A stretch of DNA of 64,000 nt from Vicugna vicugna (taxonomy: Eukaryota): contig MU058213.1 in the NCBI GenBank assembly GCA_013265495.1, forward strand, positions 868,001-932,000, given 5' to 3'. The notes under the pieces were generated by a model that had not been told where the DNA came from, searched no databases, and saw only the letters and a list, made by a program, of their open reading frames with translations. Of the stretch, positions 1-13,589 are shown piece after piece; positions within the stretch are counted from its first letter, which is position 1, and each line of letters begins with the position of its first letter. The position numbers and the translations under genes were made by a program.

Positions 1-730
1 AATGAATAATGGAACAGAATGGAGTCCACCAACAGGACCCTGCATTATATAGTGGCCTGGAGAACCAGAGTGGGTGCAAAAAGATAATTTAATAGAAGGT
101 CCCATTATGTGGAAGAAAAATACAAGCAAGTACATGGCAAACACTACATCCAAAAATAAACTCCAGATGGATTCATGATTAAAACTTAATAGTAAAATGA
201 GGAAATTCTCAGAAAAAAATAGGGGTAATAAAATAGGGATACTGTCTCTTAAATGTTGGTTTAGGAAAGAATGAGTTAAGATCAAAGGAGCACATCCATG
301 GACGGAAGAAATGTTGGATCTGAGGTCATCAGAATGGAAGATTTCTGTTCCATGAAGAACACCATTCACAAAGAAAGGCAACAGACTAGGAAATATATTT
401 ACAATTTAAAGAACAAATAATTAATATCTAGAATGTTAATCTAGAATATATAAGAAACTACTGTAAATTGGTTAAAGAAAAGATAGGAAATCTAGTTTTA
501 AATATTGGACAATTGACAAAGGAAATGAATAGGTAATTTGCAGATGGGGACACCCAAATGACTGGTTAGCACGTAAAGATATGTCAACTTTCTTAGTAGA
601 GAAATACAAATGAAAATGACATATCACTTTACACCCAGAAGATTAGCAACAATATTTAGGTTGAACAACATCACATGATGCCTAGGATGTGAGAAAATCA
701 GGACTTTTTTGCTCACTCAGCTGGTGGGAA
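1..730 (+). mobile_element. Old L1 ORF2 3' fragment (continues ~1040-1400)
   Basis: Degenerate L1 motifs (aatggaacagaat, aaaataaactccagatggatt, atatcactttacaccc, ctggtgggaa). Confidence 0.7.
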
Positions 731-735
731 CTCTA

Positions 736-1035
736 CAGGCATCCTTTAGTATCTAAGGGGGGTTTGGTCCCAGGGCTCCCAAGGAAATCAAACTCCTTGG
801 ATGCTCAAGTCTCTTGTATACAGTGGCATAGTACTTGCACGTAACCTACATACATCGTCCTGTGTGTTTTAAATAATCTCTAGATTACTTATAATACCTA
901 ATACAGTGTAAACACTATGTTAATAGTTGCTGGTTTTGCTTTTTTGGAAATTTCTGGAATTAAGAAATATGATTTTTGGGTCTGAAGATGGTTGAATCCA
1001 TGGACGCAGACCCTGTGGCTGTGGAGGGCTGACTG
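736..1035 (+). mobile_element. MER2-like TcMar-Tigger DNA transposon fossil
   Basis: ggatgctcaagt...tctctagattacttataatacctaatac...ggttgaatcc...ggagggctgactg; CAG/CTG ends flanked by TA. Confidence 0.85.
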
Positions 1036-2091
1036 TACTAATACTCTCGTTCTAGAGAGCAATTTGAGAATACTTAGTGAAAATGAGTTTAGGCAGAAAA
1101 ATTCTCACATAGTCACCCGAAGCAACAGTTAAGTAGATGTTCATCACAACACAGTTATATATCTCAGAGTTGGAAGCACTTAAATATCCATCGATGGGAA
1201 ATGAGCAAATAAAACGGGGTGTACGTAGAACGTGAAAGTGTACAGCTGCTAGTGGGATCTACTTGTATCCCTCAGAGAGACGTAAAAAACAATGCTGAAC
1301 AGATGCCTAGCATAGGTCTTATATATATTTTTAAACTCCGTACTTCAATACCATAGTTCATGGATACGAGCGTATGTAAATAAAAGTGTAAGATAAATTA
1401 CAAAGACATCCACTAAGTATGCACAAGGGGATATTTATGAGGTTGAGGGAAGTGGGATTTGGCCTGAAGAAAAAAGGGAAACTAAAAATATTAAAAAGGG
1501 CTTGACATGGCCCAACACTGGTAAGTGCCAGAAAAAGAGAATTATGGTCAATTCAATTTTGTGCACCTATTGTCCAAAATGATAACATAAAGAAAAAGAA
1601 AAGGCATGAAGTGTATCAGGACAGCTGCCTGATTCTCAGAGTCAAGAAAGGAATCTGAAAGTCTAACTACTTTCTTCTTTACATAAAATTTTTATTGAAG
1701 AATAGTATGATGTACAGAAAAGTACACAAATAGTAAGTGTATAGCTCAATGTGTTCTTACACATGGAACACAGCAATACACCCAAGTAACCACCACCCCG
1801 ATGTAGACAGAACATTTCCAGCATCCTCACACTGTCCATGTTCCTTCAAGCCATTACCCCTCAGAGATAACCACTGTTAAGACATCTATCACGATAGGTT
1901 AGTTTTACCAACTTCAGATGTTTTTATAAACGGAATCATGTATGCAACTTTTTGCACCTTGCTTTTTATATGACATTTATCCGCACTGTTGCATGTAACT
2001 ATATTCTGCTAATTTTTTGTTCTGTATAGTATTCCACTGTGTAAATATTCTACAACTTACTTATCCATTCTCTTATTGGGTTGTTTCAGTT

Positions 2092-2474
2092 TGTGGTGAT
2101 GAATTTCAGGGCAGGCCACCCCAGGATGTGCCACTCTGGTATGCAGATTATTTTGAGCTGAAAACAAGCAAGGCTCTAGAGACTAAGGAAGAAACTTTGA
2201 ACCCTTACTGCCTAAAAGAATTTAAGATAGGAGGCCTGTCCCAGGAAGGCACTATCACCATAGACAACTCTAGTAAAATATGAATTAGATGTGGGAGACA
2301 GGGAGGCACCTAGCAAGGTCTGTTTGCTCAAAGTCCTCCCTGTGTCCCACTGCCTTTGGATGGGCCAGTAAATATTCGTTTACCAAACATTAACTTTATC
2401 TTCCTGTAAATTACCTGACTTCCCTTTAGAGTCTCAGATCCCCCCTACTTCTTTCTCCTTTGTCCAGAGTAATA

Positions 2475-2506
<32 letters not shown>

Positions 2507-2650
2507 CACCTCATCCTACCTTGCTGTTTTTTTGAATTCTCGGATTCCCCAAGCTCACATAGTAAGTTTGATTTTTCTCCTGTTAATCAGCCGTCTTTCA
2601 TTTTAATTGCCAGCCAAAAGAACTAAGAGAGAAAACCTCCACTCCCCAAA
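2092..2650 (+). mobile_element. ERV1-type solo LTR (MER34-like) inserted in L1
   Basis: TG start, gccaccccaggatgtgcc...gattattttgagctgaa motif; interrupts L1 sequence ttgtttcagtt / ggctattatgaataa. Confidence 0.65.
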
Positions 2651-5206
2651 GTGGCTATTATGAATAATACTGCTGTGAACATTTAGTACATAGATCTTTT
2701 GCTGCACAGATATTTATGTATTTCTGTTGAGTAAATAAAAGGAATAGGATTGCTGGATCATTAGGTCTGAAAGTGCTCAACTTCAGTAGATAGTGCAAGA
2801 ATTTCTTAAACTTGTGTCAATTTCTACCTCTATCAACAGTATGCCAGATTTTCACCTGTTTAATATTCTCACCAAAACTGATACTTTCAGTTTTTTAAAT
2901 GTTTGCCTTTCTGATGAGTGTGTTGTGATATCTCATTGTGGTTTCAATTTGCATTTCCACGATGACTATTTGTTGACCATATTGGCATTCTCTTTTCCAA
3001 AATATCTGTTCAAGCCTTCAGGACACTCAAACTGCTCTTCAAACAGATTTACAGCAAGTTCTCTTTTCAGCCGCACATCACTTTCAGTGCTGTTTGCTGT
3101 CTCTGAGTTCTTTCCCCATCTCTGCCCTGTGAACTAGGCTGCTTCTGGTACTTCTGGGCTCCCCACCTCTGCCAGTTTAGGTTTCAATCTTCTTGGGTCA
3201 TGAAAATAAATGACACTTGTCATCTGTTTTTCATCTTCCAAAATTTGCTGTCACTTTTATTCCATTCTCTTTCTCTTATTGAAATTTTTTTAAATCATTT
3301 ATTGGTGCTTCAGGAGGAAGAGGAGCTCAATACAAGCATTGAATCCACAATCTTTACGTATTTTGGTCACACATCCTTTATCAGATATATGATTTGCAAA
3401 TATTTTCTCCCACTGTGTGGATTAGCTTTTCATTTCCTTCATGGTGTCTTTCACAGTGCAAATTTTCAAATTTTAAAGAAGCTAATTTATCAATTATTTT
3501 TCTTTTATGGATTACAATTTTGGTGTTGTATCCAAAACATCTTTGTCTAGCTTAAAGTCACAAAAATTTTCTTCTACAAATTTCATTGTTTTAGCTCTTA
3601 TATTCAGGATCATGATCCATTTTGGGTTAATTTTTGTGTGTACTATTGGGGTAAGGGTCTAAATTAATCTTTTTTTTTAAACATTTGGTTATTGAATTGT
3701 TCTAGTATCATTTATTGAAAAGAATTGAATTGAATTACCTTGGCAGCCTGGTCAAAAATCACTTGACCATAATTTCAGGATGTTCATTTCTGTTCCATTG
3801 ATTTATGTCAGTATTTATCCCAGCACCATCCACGCCTGTCTTGATTACTGTAGCTTCAAAATCATTGAAATTGGTAAGTGTAATTCCTCCAACTTTGCTT
3901 TCCTTTTTCAAAATTGTTTGACAATTATTCTGAGTCCTCTGCATTTTCATATAAATTTTTGTTTCAGCTGGTTAGTTTCTACCAAAAGCCTGCTGGGATT
4001 TTGTTAGGAGCTGTGTTGATTCTGTAGACCAATTTGGGGAGAACTGCCATCTCAGTAGCACTGAGTCTTCTAATTCATGGAATGTTTCCCTGTTTGTAGT
4101 TTTCAGTGTACAAGTCTTGCATTTCTTTTATTAAATTGATTCCTAAGCATATTATTCTTTTTGATGTAATTATGAATGACTTGAATGTTTTCTGAATTTC
4201 ATTTTCAGATTGTTTATTGCTAGTATATATAGTTGATTTTTGTATATTGATCTTATACCTTATGTCCTTTTTTGGATTCATGTATTAGTTCTAGTAAATT
4301 TTTTTATGGATTCCTTAGGATTTTTCAAGTATAAGATTATCATTTGCAGATAAATACACTTTTTACTTCTCTCTTTTCAATCTGGATGCCTTTAACTTGT
4401 GTGTATGTGTGTAGGGGTGTATGTCTCATGCACTGGCTAGAACCACCAGCACAATGTCGAATAGCAATGGTAAGAACAAATAGACATCTGCCTTATTCCC
4501 AATCTGAAAGGGAAAGCATTTGGTTTTTTGCCATTAACTATAAGTTTAGTCATAAGTTTTTTCCACAGATGTCCTTTATCAGGCTGAAGAAGTTCCTCCT
4601 ATTCCTAGTTTGTTACTATATATTTTTTTAATGATGAATAGGATTTTGTTAAATAATTTTTCTCTGACTATTGAGATGATCATTAGGGACTTGTTCTCTA
4701 TTCTGTTAATATGGTGTATTACATTAATTGATTTTTGAATGTTAAACCAACTTTGCATTCCTAGGATAGATCCCACTTTGTCATGGTATGTAATCCTATT
4801 TATGTGTTGCTGAAGTTAGTTTATAATGTTTTTTGCAATTTTTGGGGTAATTTTTTTGCATCTATTTTCAAAAAGAATATTGGTCTGTAGTTTTCTTTTT
4901 TCATGATGTATTTTGTTTGGCTTTGGTATCAAAGTTGGTTGGTATTATTTTTGTCTTTAAATATTTGATAAGAGTTACCAGTAAAGCCATCTGAGCCTGG
5001 GCTTTTCTTTATGATAAGATTTTAAACTACTCTTTTAACTTTTTTACTTGTACATATATTAAGTTTTATATCCTATTGAGTCAGTTTTCATAATTTGTAT
5101 CTTTTTAGGAATTTGTCCATTTCATTTAAATTGTTTAATTTGTTGGCACAAAGTCACTCATATTATTCTACTATAATTCTTTTCATTTCTGTAGGGTCTT
5201 TGTAAT

Positions 5207-5362
5207 GGGGCCAGGATGAGGGTGAGACAAGTGAGGTGCCAAAGGTGCAGAATTTAAGGAGGTGACGCACTCACAGGTGTTAGCCTTGTTTTTGCCTGAC
5301 TCTGCCTCTCTAAACTTCGCATCCTAAGTGCCCTGCTTGACTTATCTACTTATCCTGCTCAG
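5207..5362. mobile_element. MER96-like hAT non-autonomous element
   Basis: ggggccaggatgagggtgagacaagtgagg...gcagaatttaagg start with imperfect inverted terminal symmetry. Confidence 0.55.
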
Positions 5363-6146
5363 AAGTGATGTTCCCTCTTTCATTCCTGATTTTGGTAATT
5401 TCTTTTTTTTGTGTGATCAATCTGGGTAAAAGTTTGTCAGTTTTATTAATTTTTCATCATTTTCATTAATTTTCTCTCGTCTTTCTGTTTTCTATTTCAC
5501 TGATCTCCACTCTCACCTTTAGTATTTCCTTGCTTTTGCTTGCTTTGAATTTAGTTTGCTCTTTTCCCTAGGTTCCTAGGGTGTAATCTTAAATTACTGA
5601 TTTGACATGTCTTTTTTTTTTTTTTAAATAAAGGCATGTAAAGCTATTGATTTCCTTCTGTGACCTGCTTAGGCTACATCCCATGAACTTTGTTGCATTT
5701 TTGTTTTCTTTCAGTTCAAAATATTTTGTAATTTCCTTTGTGATTTCTTCTTTGTTATTTAGAAGTGTCATATTTAATTTCCAAATATTTGCAGATGTCG
5801 AAAATTTCTCAGTTGATTTCTAATTTGATTCCATTCTCTTGTGGTCAGAGAACATTCTTTATGTGATTTCAGTACTTTTAAATGCACTTTAAGACTTGTT
5901 CCATTGTCTTGCATATGATTTATCCTGAAGAATGATCTGTGTGCACTTGAAAAGAACGTAGGTAAAGTGTTCTATAAATGTCAGTTTAGATCAAGGTGGT
6001 TGATATTGTTTTCAAGTCTTCTATATTCTTGCTGATTCTCTACCTAGTTCTGCTACTAACTGAGAATAGAATATTGACAGTTTGGGGAGAGGAGGATGAT
6101 GGGAGCAGCTCCAGGCAAGAATGTCAGAATCCCAGTTGTTGCTGTT

Positions 6147-6472
6147 GTTTTTTAATTGAAGTACAGTTGATTTACAATATTGTGTTAGTTTCAGGTATAC
6201 AGCAAAGTGATTCAGTTATATAAACTCTTTCAGATTATTTTCCATTATACTTTGTTACAAGATATTGACTATAGTTCCCTGTGCTATATAGTAAATCCTT
6301 ATTCTTATCTATTTTTTGTGTGGTAGTTTGTATCTGTTAAACCCAAACTCCTAATTTATCCTTCCCCCAATCCCTTCCCTCTTTGGTAAACAGAGGTTTT
6401 TTCCCTATGTCTGTAAGTCTGTTTCTGTTTTTGTGTATAGATTCATTTGTATTATTTTTTTGATCCCACATT
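6147..6472 (-). mobile_element. Younger L1 3'-end fragment (cetartiodactyl type)
   Basis: tttttaattgaagtacagttgatttacaatattgtgttagtttcagg...atagttccctgtgctata. Confidence 0.8.
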
Positions 6473-7026
6473 CTCTTTTTCTTAGTTAGCCTAGCTAGAG
6501 GCTTATCAATTTTATTGATCTTTTCAAAGAACCAGATTTTGGTTTCCTCTATTAAGTTCCTGTCCTCAATTTCATTGATTTCTGCTCTAATATTTATTTC
6601 TTTTCTTTTGCTTACTTCACATTTAATTGTCTCTTCCCTTTTTGGTTTCTTAGATGACTGATTTTAAGTCATTCTTTTTTCTCCCTATTGTATGCATTTA
6701 GTGCTATAAATTTCCCTGTAAGTACTGCTTTCATTGCATCCCACAAATTTTGATAAGTTGTACTTTCATTTATATTTAGTTCAAAATATTTTACAATTTC
6801 TCTAGAGATTTCTTCTTCAACCCATGCATTAATTAAAAATGTGTTGTTTAATCTCCAAGTATTTTGGGATTTTCCAGCTATTTTTCTATCATTGATTTCT
6901 AGTTCTACTATTTTAATTCTATTGTCATCTGAGAGCATACATTATATGATTTCTATTTTTAAAAAAATTTTTAAACTTGTGTTTTATAGCTCAAAACATG
7001 ATCTGTGTTGGTGTATATGCTGTGGG

Positions 7027-7074
7027 TTTATTTATAAGACATTAACAAAAATCCTTTATAGCCATATCTTTATT
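7027..7074 (-). terminator. Distal polyadenylation signals (AATAAA at 7069-7074 and 7027-7032)
   Basis: Two tttatt hexamers on + strand at the boundary between unique AT-rich sequence and L1. Confidence 0.65.
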
Positions 7075-10000
7075 TGAACAGTTTTCTGTAATAGCTAGGA
7101 GAATACAGAATTAATGATGCACATTTACTAAGTACAACATTAGACAACTACAAATTTAGAGCGTAAATGTCAATCTGATATTGTTTTGGTTTTCATCTTA
7201 GCACTAGGTGATATCTATTGAAAATCCATGTTTCAAAGGCTTTTGTTGAATTATTAACTTACTTTTAAAAATTCCATGTGAGATATGCTGGGGTGGGTTC
7301 AGTTCAAAACTAGTGTTTGTTGATAATGCTTTTCACTTCTCAAGACTTTTTCTTCCTTTCTAATAGATGAATATTTTACCTAAGGACTTTTCAAAGATTA
7401 ACTATATCATGTTTTTCTATGTAGGTCAAAGCAGAATTCCTTTTCCAGATCCAACAAGGAAAAATATTTGAAAAACTGTAATGTTCAATATCATGGTAGT
7501 TAAAAGGCATATCCATTTCACAGTAAATTAACAATTAAAGTTAGTAAGTGAAATACAATACACTATATGTCATAAGCTCATTTCTGTGCAACATTGTTAG
7601 AGCAATTTAAATTTTCCAAGGACACAAGAAAGGTAACATTCCTCTAGGCTTCCACAAAAATACATAACTAGTAATCATAAATTATAACACATGTATCCAC
7701 ATTTAAAGGAAAAACTCACCATTTGTTGGAAAAAATTAAATGGCTCAAGTGATGTAAAGAGCCTGAAATGTAAGCTAAAACTTTAAAAAATATAGTAACA
7801 ATAAGATATTTGAAACTACTGACTCTGAAAAATGCTTGCAAGTGAACTGACCTACTAAGCATTGAATTATACACACCGGCTTCAATGCAAAAAACATTTT
7901 TCTTTCAAGTACTTCAAGCAACAATACAGTACTAACAATCTGTTAGTCATTTTCAGGCATTTTATGAATCTAATAACACCCATTAAATTGAGCTCATGAA
8001 CATTTCAGCTGGACCAAATTATAAAATAAAAAAATGTATAAAATGCATTTTGGCAGCTATTTTACATAGTGCTTTTAAGTTCCTGATCTATTGAGAAAAC
8101 TACTGTAGCTCCAGGTTGATTTAATTTAGGGTAATACAGTGGATTAGACTTTCTAGCACTTTCTTGATTTTACTTCATCTTTTATATAGCAAAAGGTTCT
8201 TAAAAAAATTTTTTTAACTAATGTCCATGAAAGGTTTTACAGTTGTACCCTTTAGCTTCACAAAGAAAAGTCGGCGGAAAGCAAGCCATTTAAGTATTAC
8301 CAAGAATCTAACTTATCTCTGTATTTTCCCACATGTTCATTTGCTTATTTGTGACAGAGCCTCCAAACTCGAGAACACTCTGTAAGCCCACATTTCACTG
8401 GCTCTGAGATTGTTGCTGCCTCAGAGTTCTCTCTCATACCTGTTTGGAAATAAGGGAAAAGAAAGGAAGGAGAAGTAACAGGGAGGGCCGGGGCGGCTGC
8501 TGGGGTCACGGGGAAAGGGAAGAAAGGGAGAAAGGAGGCTGCACCCACCCAAACCCTCACAACACCTTGACAAACTGGGCAAGATAGCCTTTCCAGGCAG
8601 GACATCCCCTTCACAGAGGAGAAGTTTCAGAGAACTTAAGGCAGCACTAGGAGGTGAGGGAGCAGGGGTTAAGGCGGCCCCCACAGCGCAGCCTGAGAAG
8701 AAATCACAAAGCATTTATCTACACATAGAGCCCCTCTGCACGCGGCGCACACAGCACACCTCCTGGCTCCAAAGGCGGCACCAGCAGCGTGCACACACGG
8801 TCACGTTCACACACACTGACTGGCTGGCACGCGCCTGCCCGCCGGGGAGGACGGCCCTCAGAGGGGCCCCAGGGGCGCGGCCCGCGGCTGCGGCTGCCCT
8901 GCAGGCTGCCCAGCCCACCTGGGGGCTCTGACGGCGACTCTGAGGGCTGCGTGTTGAGGGTGACCTTCCTCTTAACTCTTGGGAGGCTTTCAGGCTTCCT
9001 GTCAGGCTGGGACCGCCTGCTGTTGCTTCATGACCGAAACCCGGAGTACTGCCCCCTCCGGGGCGGCGGGGAGTGGGGAGCGGCCGTCAAACCTAGTCAC
9101 AGCGGGTAACTACCGCACAAAGGAAACCACTAGGCGCCCCATCTCGTTAGCTCCAAGAACTCGGGGCTCGGCACTTGGAGCTTCCACCTGCCAGCTGCCA
9201 ACTCTGATAAGGAAACAGAGCATCACTTGCTGAGTCAGGACACCGCATGGGTACCAGGAAGCAGAGAACGGAACCTCACGACTTTTTAAAGTCTCCTGTC
9301 CCCATGTGCCTTCGCTGCCACTGCTGCATGTGGTACAACTGCACAGCTGGAGGGCCGAGGGACCTTAGGCAAGGCGCTGACCTCTCTCTCTCTCAAGTTA
9401 TCATCAGCAAAGGATGGCAGTAGCTCCCCTTCTTACCTTCTGGGGCTGCTGTGAGGACACATTGGGTCACACAGAGAAAGCGCACTGAAGTAAAGCAGAG
9501 CCAGACACACGGTACTGTTTCTACACTGCCTTTCACCAGAACTGAAGGGCCACACGTGAAGTTTTGCTTTCTGTTTTATTCCAAACAGTTGAACTTATCC
9601 AAAGAGTCCTTGATTATACCTCTGGGGAATTCCACAGACTGCAGACTCTTGTGTGTGTGTGTGTGTGACAGAGAGAGAGCCTGTGAGGACATTGCAGGGT
9701 GGTGGCAGGTGCCTCTTTACCTAGAGTTACCAGGAAACCAATTTCTCACAACAATCACTATACTGAAATTCTAATAAAATAAAATATTTTCATAGCCCCT
9801 GCCATTGTTATTAAAAGACTTGATCTGTATTATACATAATTACTCACCCAGAAAGAGGCAACTCTCAATTATCCATTGTAATGAAGCAAATAAAAAAAGC
9901 AAATGACGCAAACTGACCCCAGTCCCCACATCTCCTATCGGCTGGCTTTGGAATATATATTTATATGCAATATTATATGCAGTTGATCAAAGTGTCAGGT

Positions 10001-12649
10001 ACATGGGGAATTTTTAAAACTTCAAAAGGAATCATGAAGCTATACTTCATGGATTTTACCCCATATTCACCTTCCTCGTTCATTATAGTTACTCTCAGGC
10101 AGACCAATGCCTTAACCTAAGAAAAGCTACAAGAAGGAAAACTTCTAATTTTTCAGCTTCGCTTTCCAAGGTGTGAGCTGAATCTCTGTAAGGTGAGTGG
10201 GGAGGAGACTGCTGAGAAGGGGCTATTGAGACAATGAACCATTGTTTTTTCCAAGATCTTTCTTTGAATTCCTATTGGGTGTCAAAGAGGAATTATGAAA
10301 AAGCAAATCAGTGATAATGCTAAAGGCTGTACTGCGGAGAAGTAAGAGTGACAAGAACTTGTGCAAAGATTGGTCTGGCAGGCCAACAGGGCAGCCGAGG
10401 ACTAACTCCATCCACTGCCTTCAATGCAGTCAGAGCAGGTGAGTAGACAGGCGATGGGATACATGGTTTGCTTGAGGGAAGGGGAAGAGTGAACAGATAA
10501 ATGGGTGGTAGATAGACTGGAGGGCTGGTGGAGATGTGTTTGAAGCTGGGTGAGAAAGTGTGGATGGACAGATGTAAGGGTGAGCAGTCCTCCAAGTGGC
10601 CAAAAGATACCCACAGTCAGCAGTATATCTTGCATTCGCAAGAAAGTAGTACACAGAGTGACTTTCCAGGACTTGGGGTTCCCTGGTTGTAAAGTATTTT
10701 TGTTATGACCAAAGATCTTTGGGCCACTAAGAGAAATTGATTCAGATCCCCACCTGGGGTTCTGGGTGGGCCTTGGGGGAAGCTGGCATGAGCCCTGAAA
10801 TACCATAATCTTTTGTGTGGCCATCCCCGAGACAGCAGACTCTGGCCCAGGAGTGGAACAGAGGCTCCAGCACTTCGCAGCAGGAAGATGGACGACAGGA
10901 GGGAGAGAAAGACCCAGAACGAGACACACTTCAGGACACGAGCTATCTGGGGGAAAGATAAGGGGCTGCAATGGCAGCGGAAGCTGAAGTGTGACATTGA
11001 AGACCCGCCAAGACTCAGGGTGTGCAAGAACATGCTGCCGAGGGCCGAGCTGGGAGAGGGCCTGGGAGGATTTCTAGGGCTGAGGGGCAACGCCTGCAAG
11101 CACGGTGGCATTTTTGAGGCTTCTCTCCCACCCAAGTCCCATCTATGCTCTTAGACTCTGATGCATTCAGTACTAACCAAATGTTTTCAACAGTTCATTG
11201 TTCACTGAAAACCACATGGACAACCAGGGAAAACTGAGAGAATCTGATGGAGTTAGTAGTGGTTTTGGTTGGTTTTACAAATGAATAAATGTATCTGACC
11301 TGAACAGAGCAGTTCACGATTCAGTAAAAATTACCTAAACTAATTAACTTTCTAAAAGCATGTAAGGAAATGTACATTTAAGAAATATAGCTACACAAAC
11401 CTGTGATTTTACATTTTACTGATCTGTCAGAATTAACAGGCACCAAACACCAGTCTTTCCACCAGGGGATGACCTGACTGAGTAACTGCAGCTCGTTTCT
11501 CTACGGTCCAAGTATTGAGGGGAGAGAACTTTAGATGTGGAAGGGACCTTAAGAAATAGCTAACACTCCTTATATAAATGAGGAATCTGAGGCCCAAATA
11601 AGTTAACAGACAGTATTTATCTTTTAATAACAATCTTTATCACTGATTTGAAAATGTTCTACTTCCATTAATAATATTGCACATATTTTAATAAGATGTC
11701 ATTTTTGTAGATCATCTAACAGTTAAGTTATATAAATCTATGATTGTAATTCAGAACCAGAGTTTCTAATGAAAGCTAAGAATTTGCTTTAGCACAACCT
11801 GAAACACTTACTGAATAAGATTTGTAGGAAAAATGGAGAATGTGTTTAACTGGGATTTCAGGATGAAAACTTACAGAATCTGGGTCTTAGTAAACCAAAT
11901 CCTCTGTAAAATTCAGCAATCTTCTTATATTTTTGTATAGGTCTTACAGTATTTCTAATGTGATGCTCTTTAAAGTATCTAGTGGTACTGAGGACATTTA
12001 TAGAAGTTATAAAGCCTAAAAAAAACTGAATCATAATTACTTATGATATACTTTCTTTTGCATAATTTATAAAATAAGACCTAAATCATGAAAACTCTGA
12101 TAATCCTCTCTAGATAGTGACTGAGATTAATTCTTAATAAATTAAGAAGAAAGAAACCCTGTCAAGGAATCAGATCTGGTAACTAAAAATCAGTCACGTC
12201 ACAGAACACGGAACCCTGATGTGATACCCACCAGGGAAAATTAATGAGCACATCAATGTAACACATTCCGAATAAATGACATCAGCAATAGCCACCCTGC
12301 CTAATCCTAGCCCTAAATGTCAACTTCTGTCATGTTACCTCACGACTGCCCAGTGTCTGCCACTCGTGCAGGTGGATCTGTAGATATGTGCACATAATCC
12401 AGTTAAAACTGTGATCTGATTGAACTGTAAACAGAGTTGATAAAAGAGAAGCTTATCACTGTAGTGTCTAACATGAATACCACTTACATTTTAAAGAACG
12501 TAGTATGTAGCAGCAATTTAAAATGCTCAGTAAACTACGGTATAGACAGACTTCCATGCGCTATAGCAAACCAACATTCTCTTAATATCTCTACATCATA
12601 GTGACACATAGAAGGGAGCTACTGGACCATTTACTTTACATATTGCCAG

Positions 12650-12655
12650 TTTATT
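12650..12655 (-). terminator. Candidate proximal polyadenylation signal AATAAA
   Basis: tttatt on + strand ~490 nt downstream of the stop codon. Confidence 0.4.
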
Positions 12656-13142
12656 TCTTTGTTTCTCTTTGACAGTATCAACATAATTGATTCCTAAAAT
12701 GACATGGTATGTACTCAATGGTAATTTTTCCTTTCAGTTCTTCTGGTTAGTGCACGGGAGGTTCCTTGTTGGTGCCTTCCTAACAACAGCTCATATTTGG
12801 AATTTATGTGGTTTTTTTTATATCATTCAGATGCCGTGGTAAGTATTTAAAATAAATGCTGTCAGCTGAAGACACATTTTTTTCCTTCCTTCTGTCATTC
12901 AACTGCAGATACCTAACTGACCAAGGATGAGTGTTGTTATAAAGGTAACACAACACGAAGGAGCCTATCTTCCTTTCCACGGTGATGGAAAGTATTCCAG
13001 GGAGATTTCCAGTCAATAACCCCTTGTTTGGGAGATGATCAGTACTATCTCTTCAAAAATGTGTTTTCAGTAGCTCACTTGAAATAATGGGTTCTTATTT
13101 CAGGCAAGAAATGCATTGTCAATGTTTGCCGTGATATCATTT

Positions 13143-13295
13143 TCAGACCCGTGATATGAATCCCAGGCCCAGGCTGGCTGGAATCTGGATGGTTTCTAGC
13201 GCGAGGGAGGATGGGTTAAAAGGAAAGGTGACAGGAAAGATGTGTTTAGCATCCATGAGCAGCTGAGGGGAGTCTTTCCTGTCTCGTAAACGCAT
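13143..13295 (-). CDS. MYO5A: Myosin Va terminal coding exon ([17 protein letters not shown]...LGFISRV*)
   Basis: 153 bp including TGA at 13143-13145; acceptor tctcag. Confidence 0.97.
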
Positions 13296-13508
13296 CTGAG
13301 AAGATTAAAAAAGAAAAACAAAAAAAAGCATCAATTTTATGAATCTATAAAGTTGTTTTTTTTTTTGCCAAAATTCTACCAAAGAATTACCAACTAATGA
13401 AAATGTTTACATTTGTTTTAAAATCACTTCATTTTTCCAATAAGGTGTTATCAAAAAAGTTAATACTCTATAAAAACAAGATAAAATTATATGCCCAGGG
13501 GACCTTAC

Positions 13509-13589
13509 CTGTATAGTACGAATAAATGATACAGAGACTCTTTCTTCAAATTCATTAACTGGAGTATACAAATTCAACACTTTGACAAT
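13509..13589 (-). CDS. MYO5A: Myosin Va penultimate exon ([27 protein letters not shown])
   Basis: 81 bp; acceptor tcacag, donor GTAAGG. Confidence 0.96.

Larger units (their letters stand above)
1685..7010 (-). mobile_element. Mosaic of old L1 (L1M) fragments, ORF2 and 3' ends, with nested insertions
   Basis: Minus-strand ORF fragments resemble L1 ORF2 ([51 protein letters not shown]). Confidence 0.85.
7010..13142 (-). other. MYO5A: Probable long (~6.1 kb) MYO5A 3'UTR
   Basis: Largely repeat-poor stretch following the stop, ending at AATAAA signals just before a block of L1; MYO5A is known to have a long 3'UTR isoform; distal end inferred. Confidence 0.7.

Noticed and set aside
8345..9233. 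ORFs in the CpG-rich UTR patch; possible MYO5C first exon
   Set aside because: Low-complexity Ala/Pro/Gly/Arg translations; no myosin V N-terminal peptide visible
10223..11154. Cluster of overlapping ORFs up to 189 aa in the 3'UTR
   Set aside because: Moderately GC-rich sequence with few stops, near-cognate starts, no recognisable domains or splice structure
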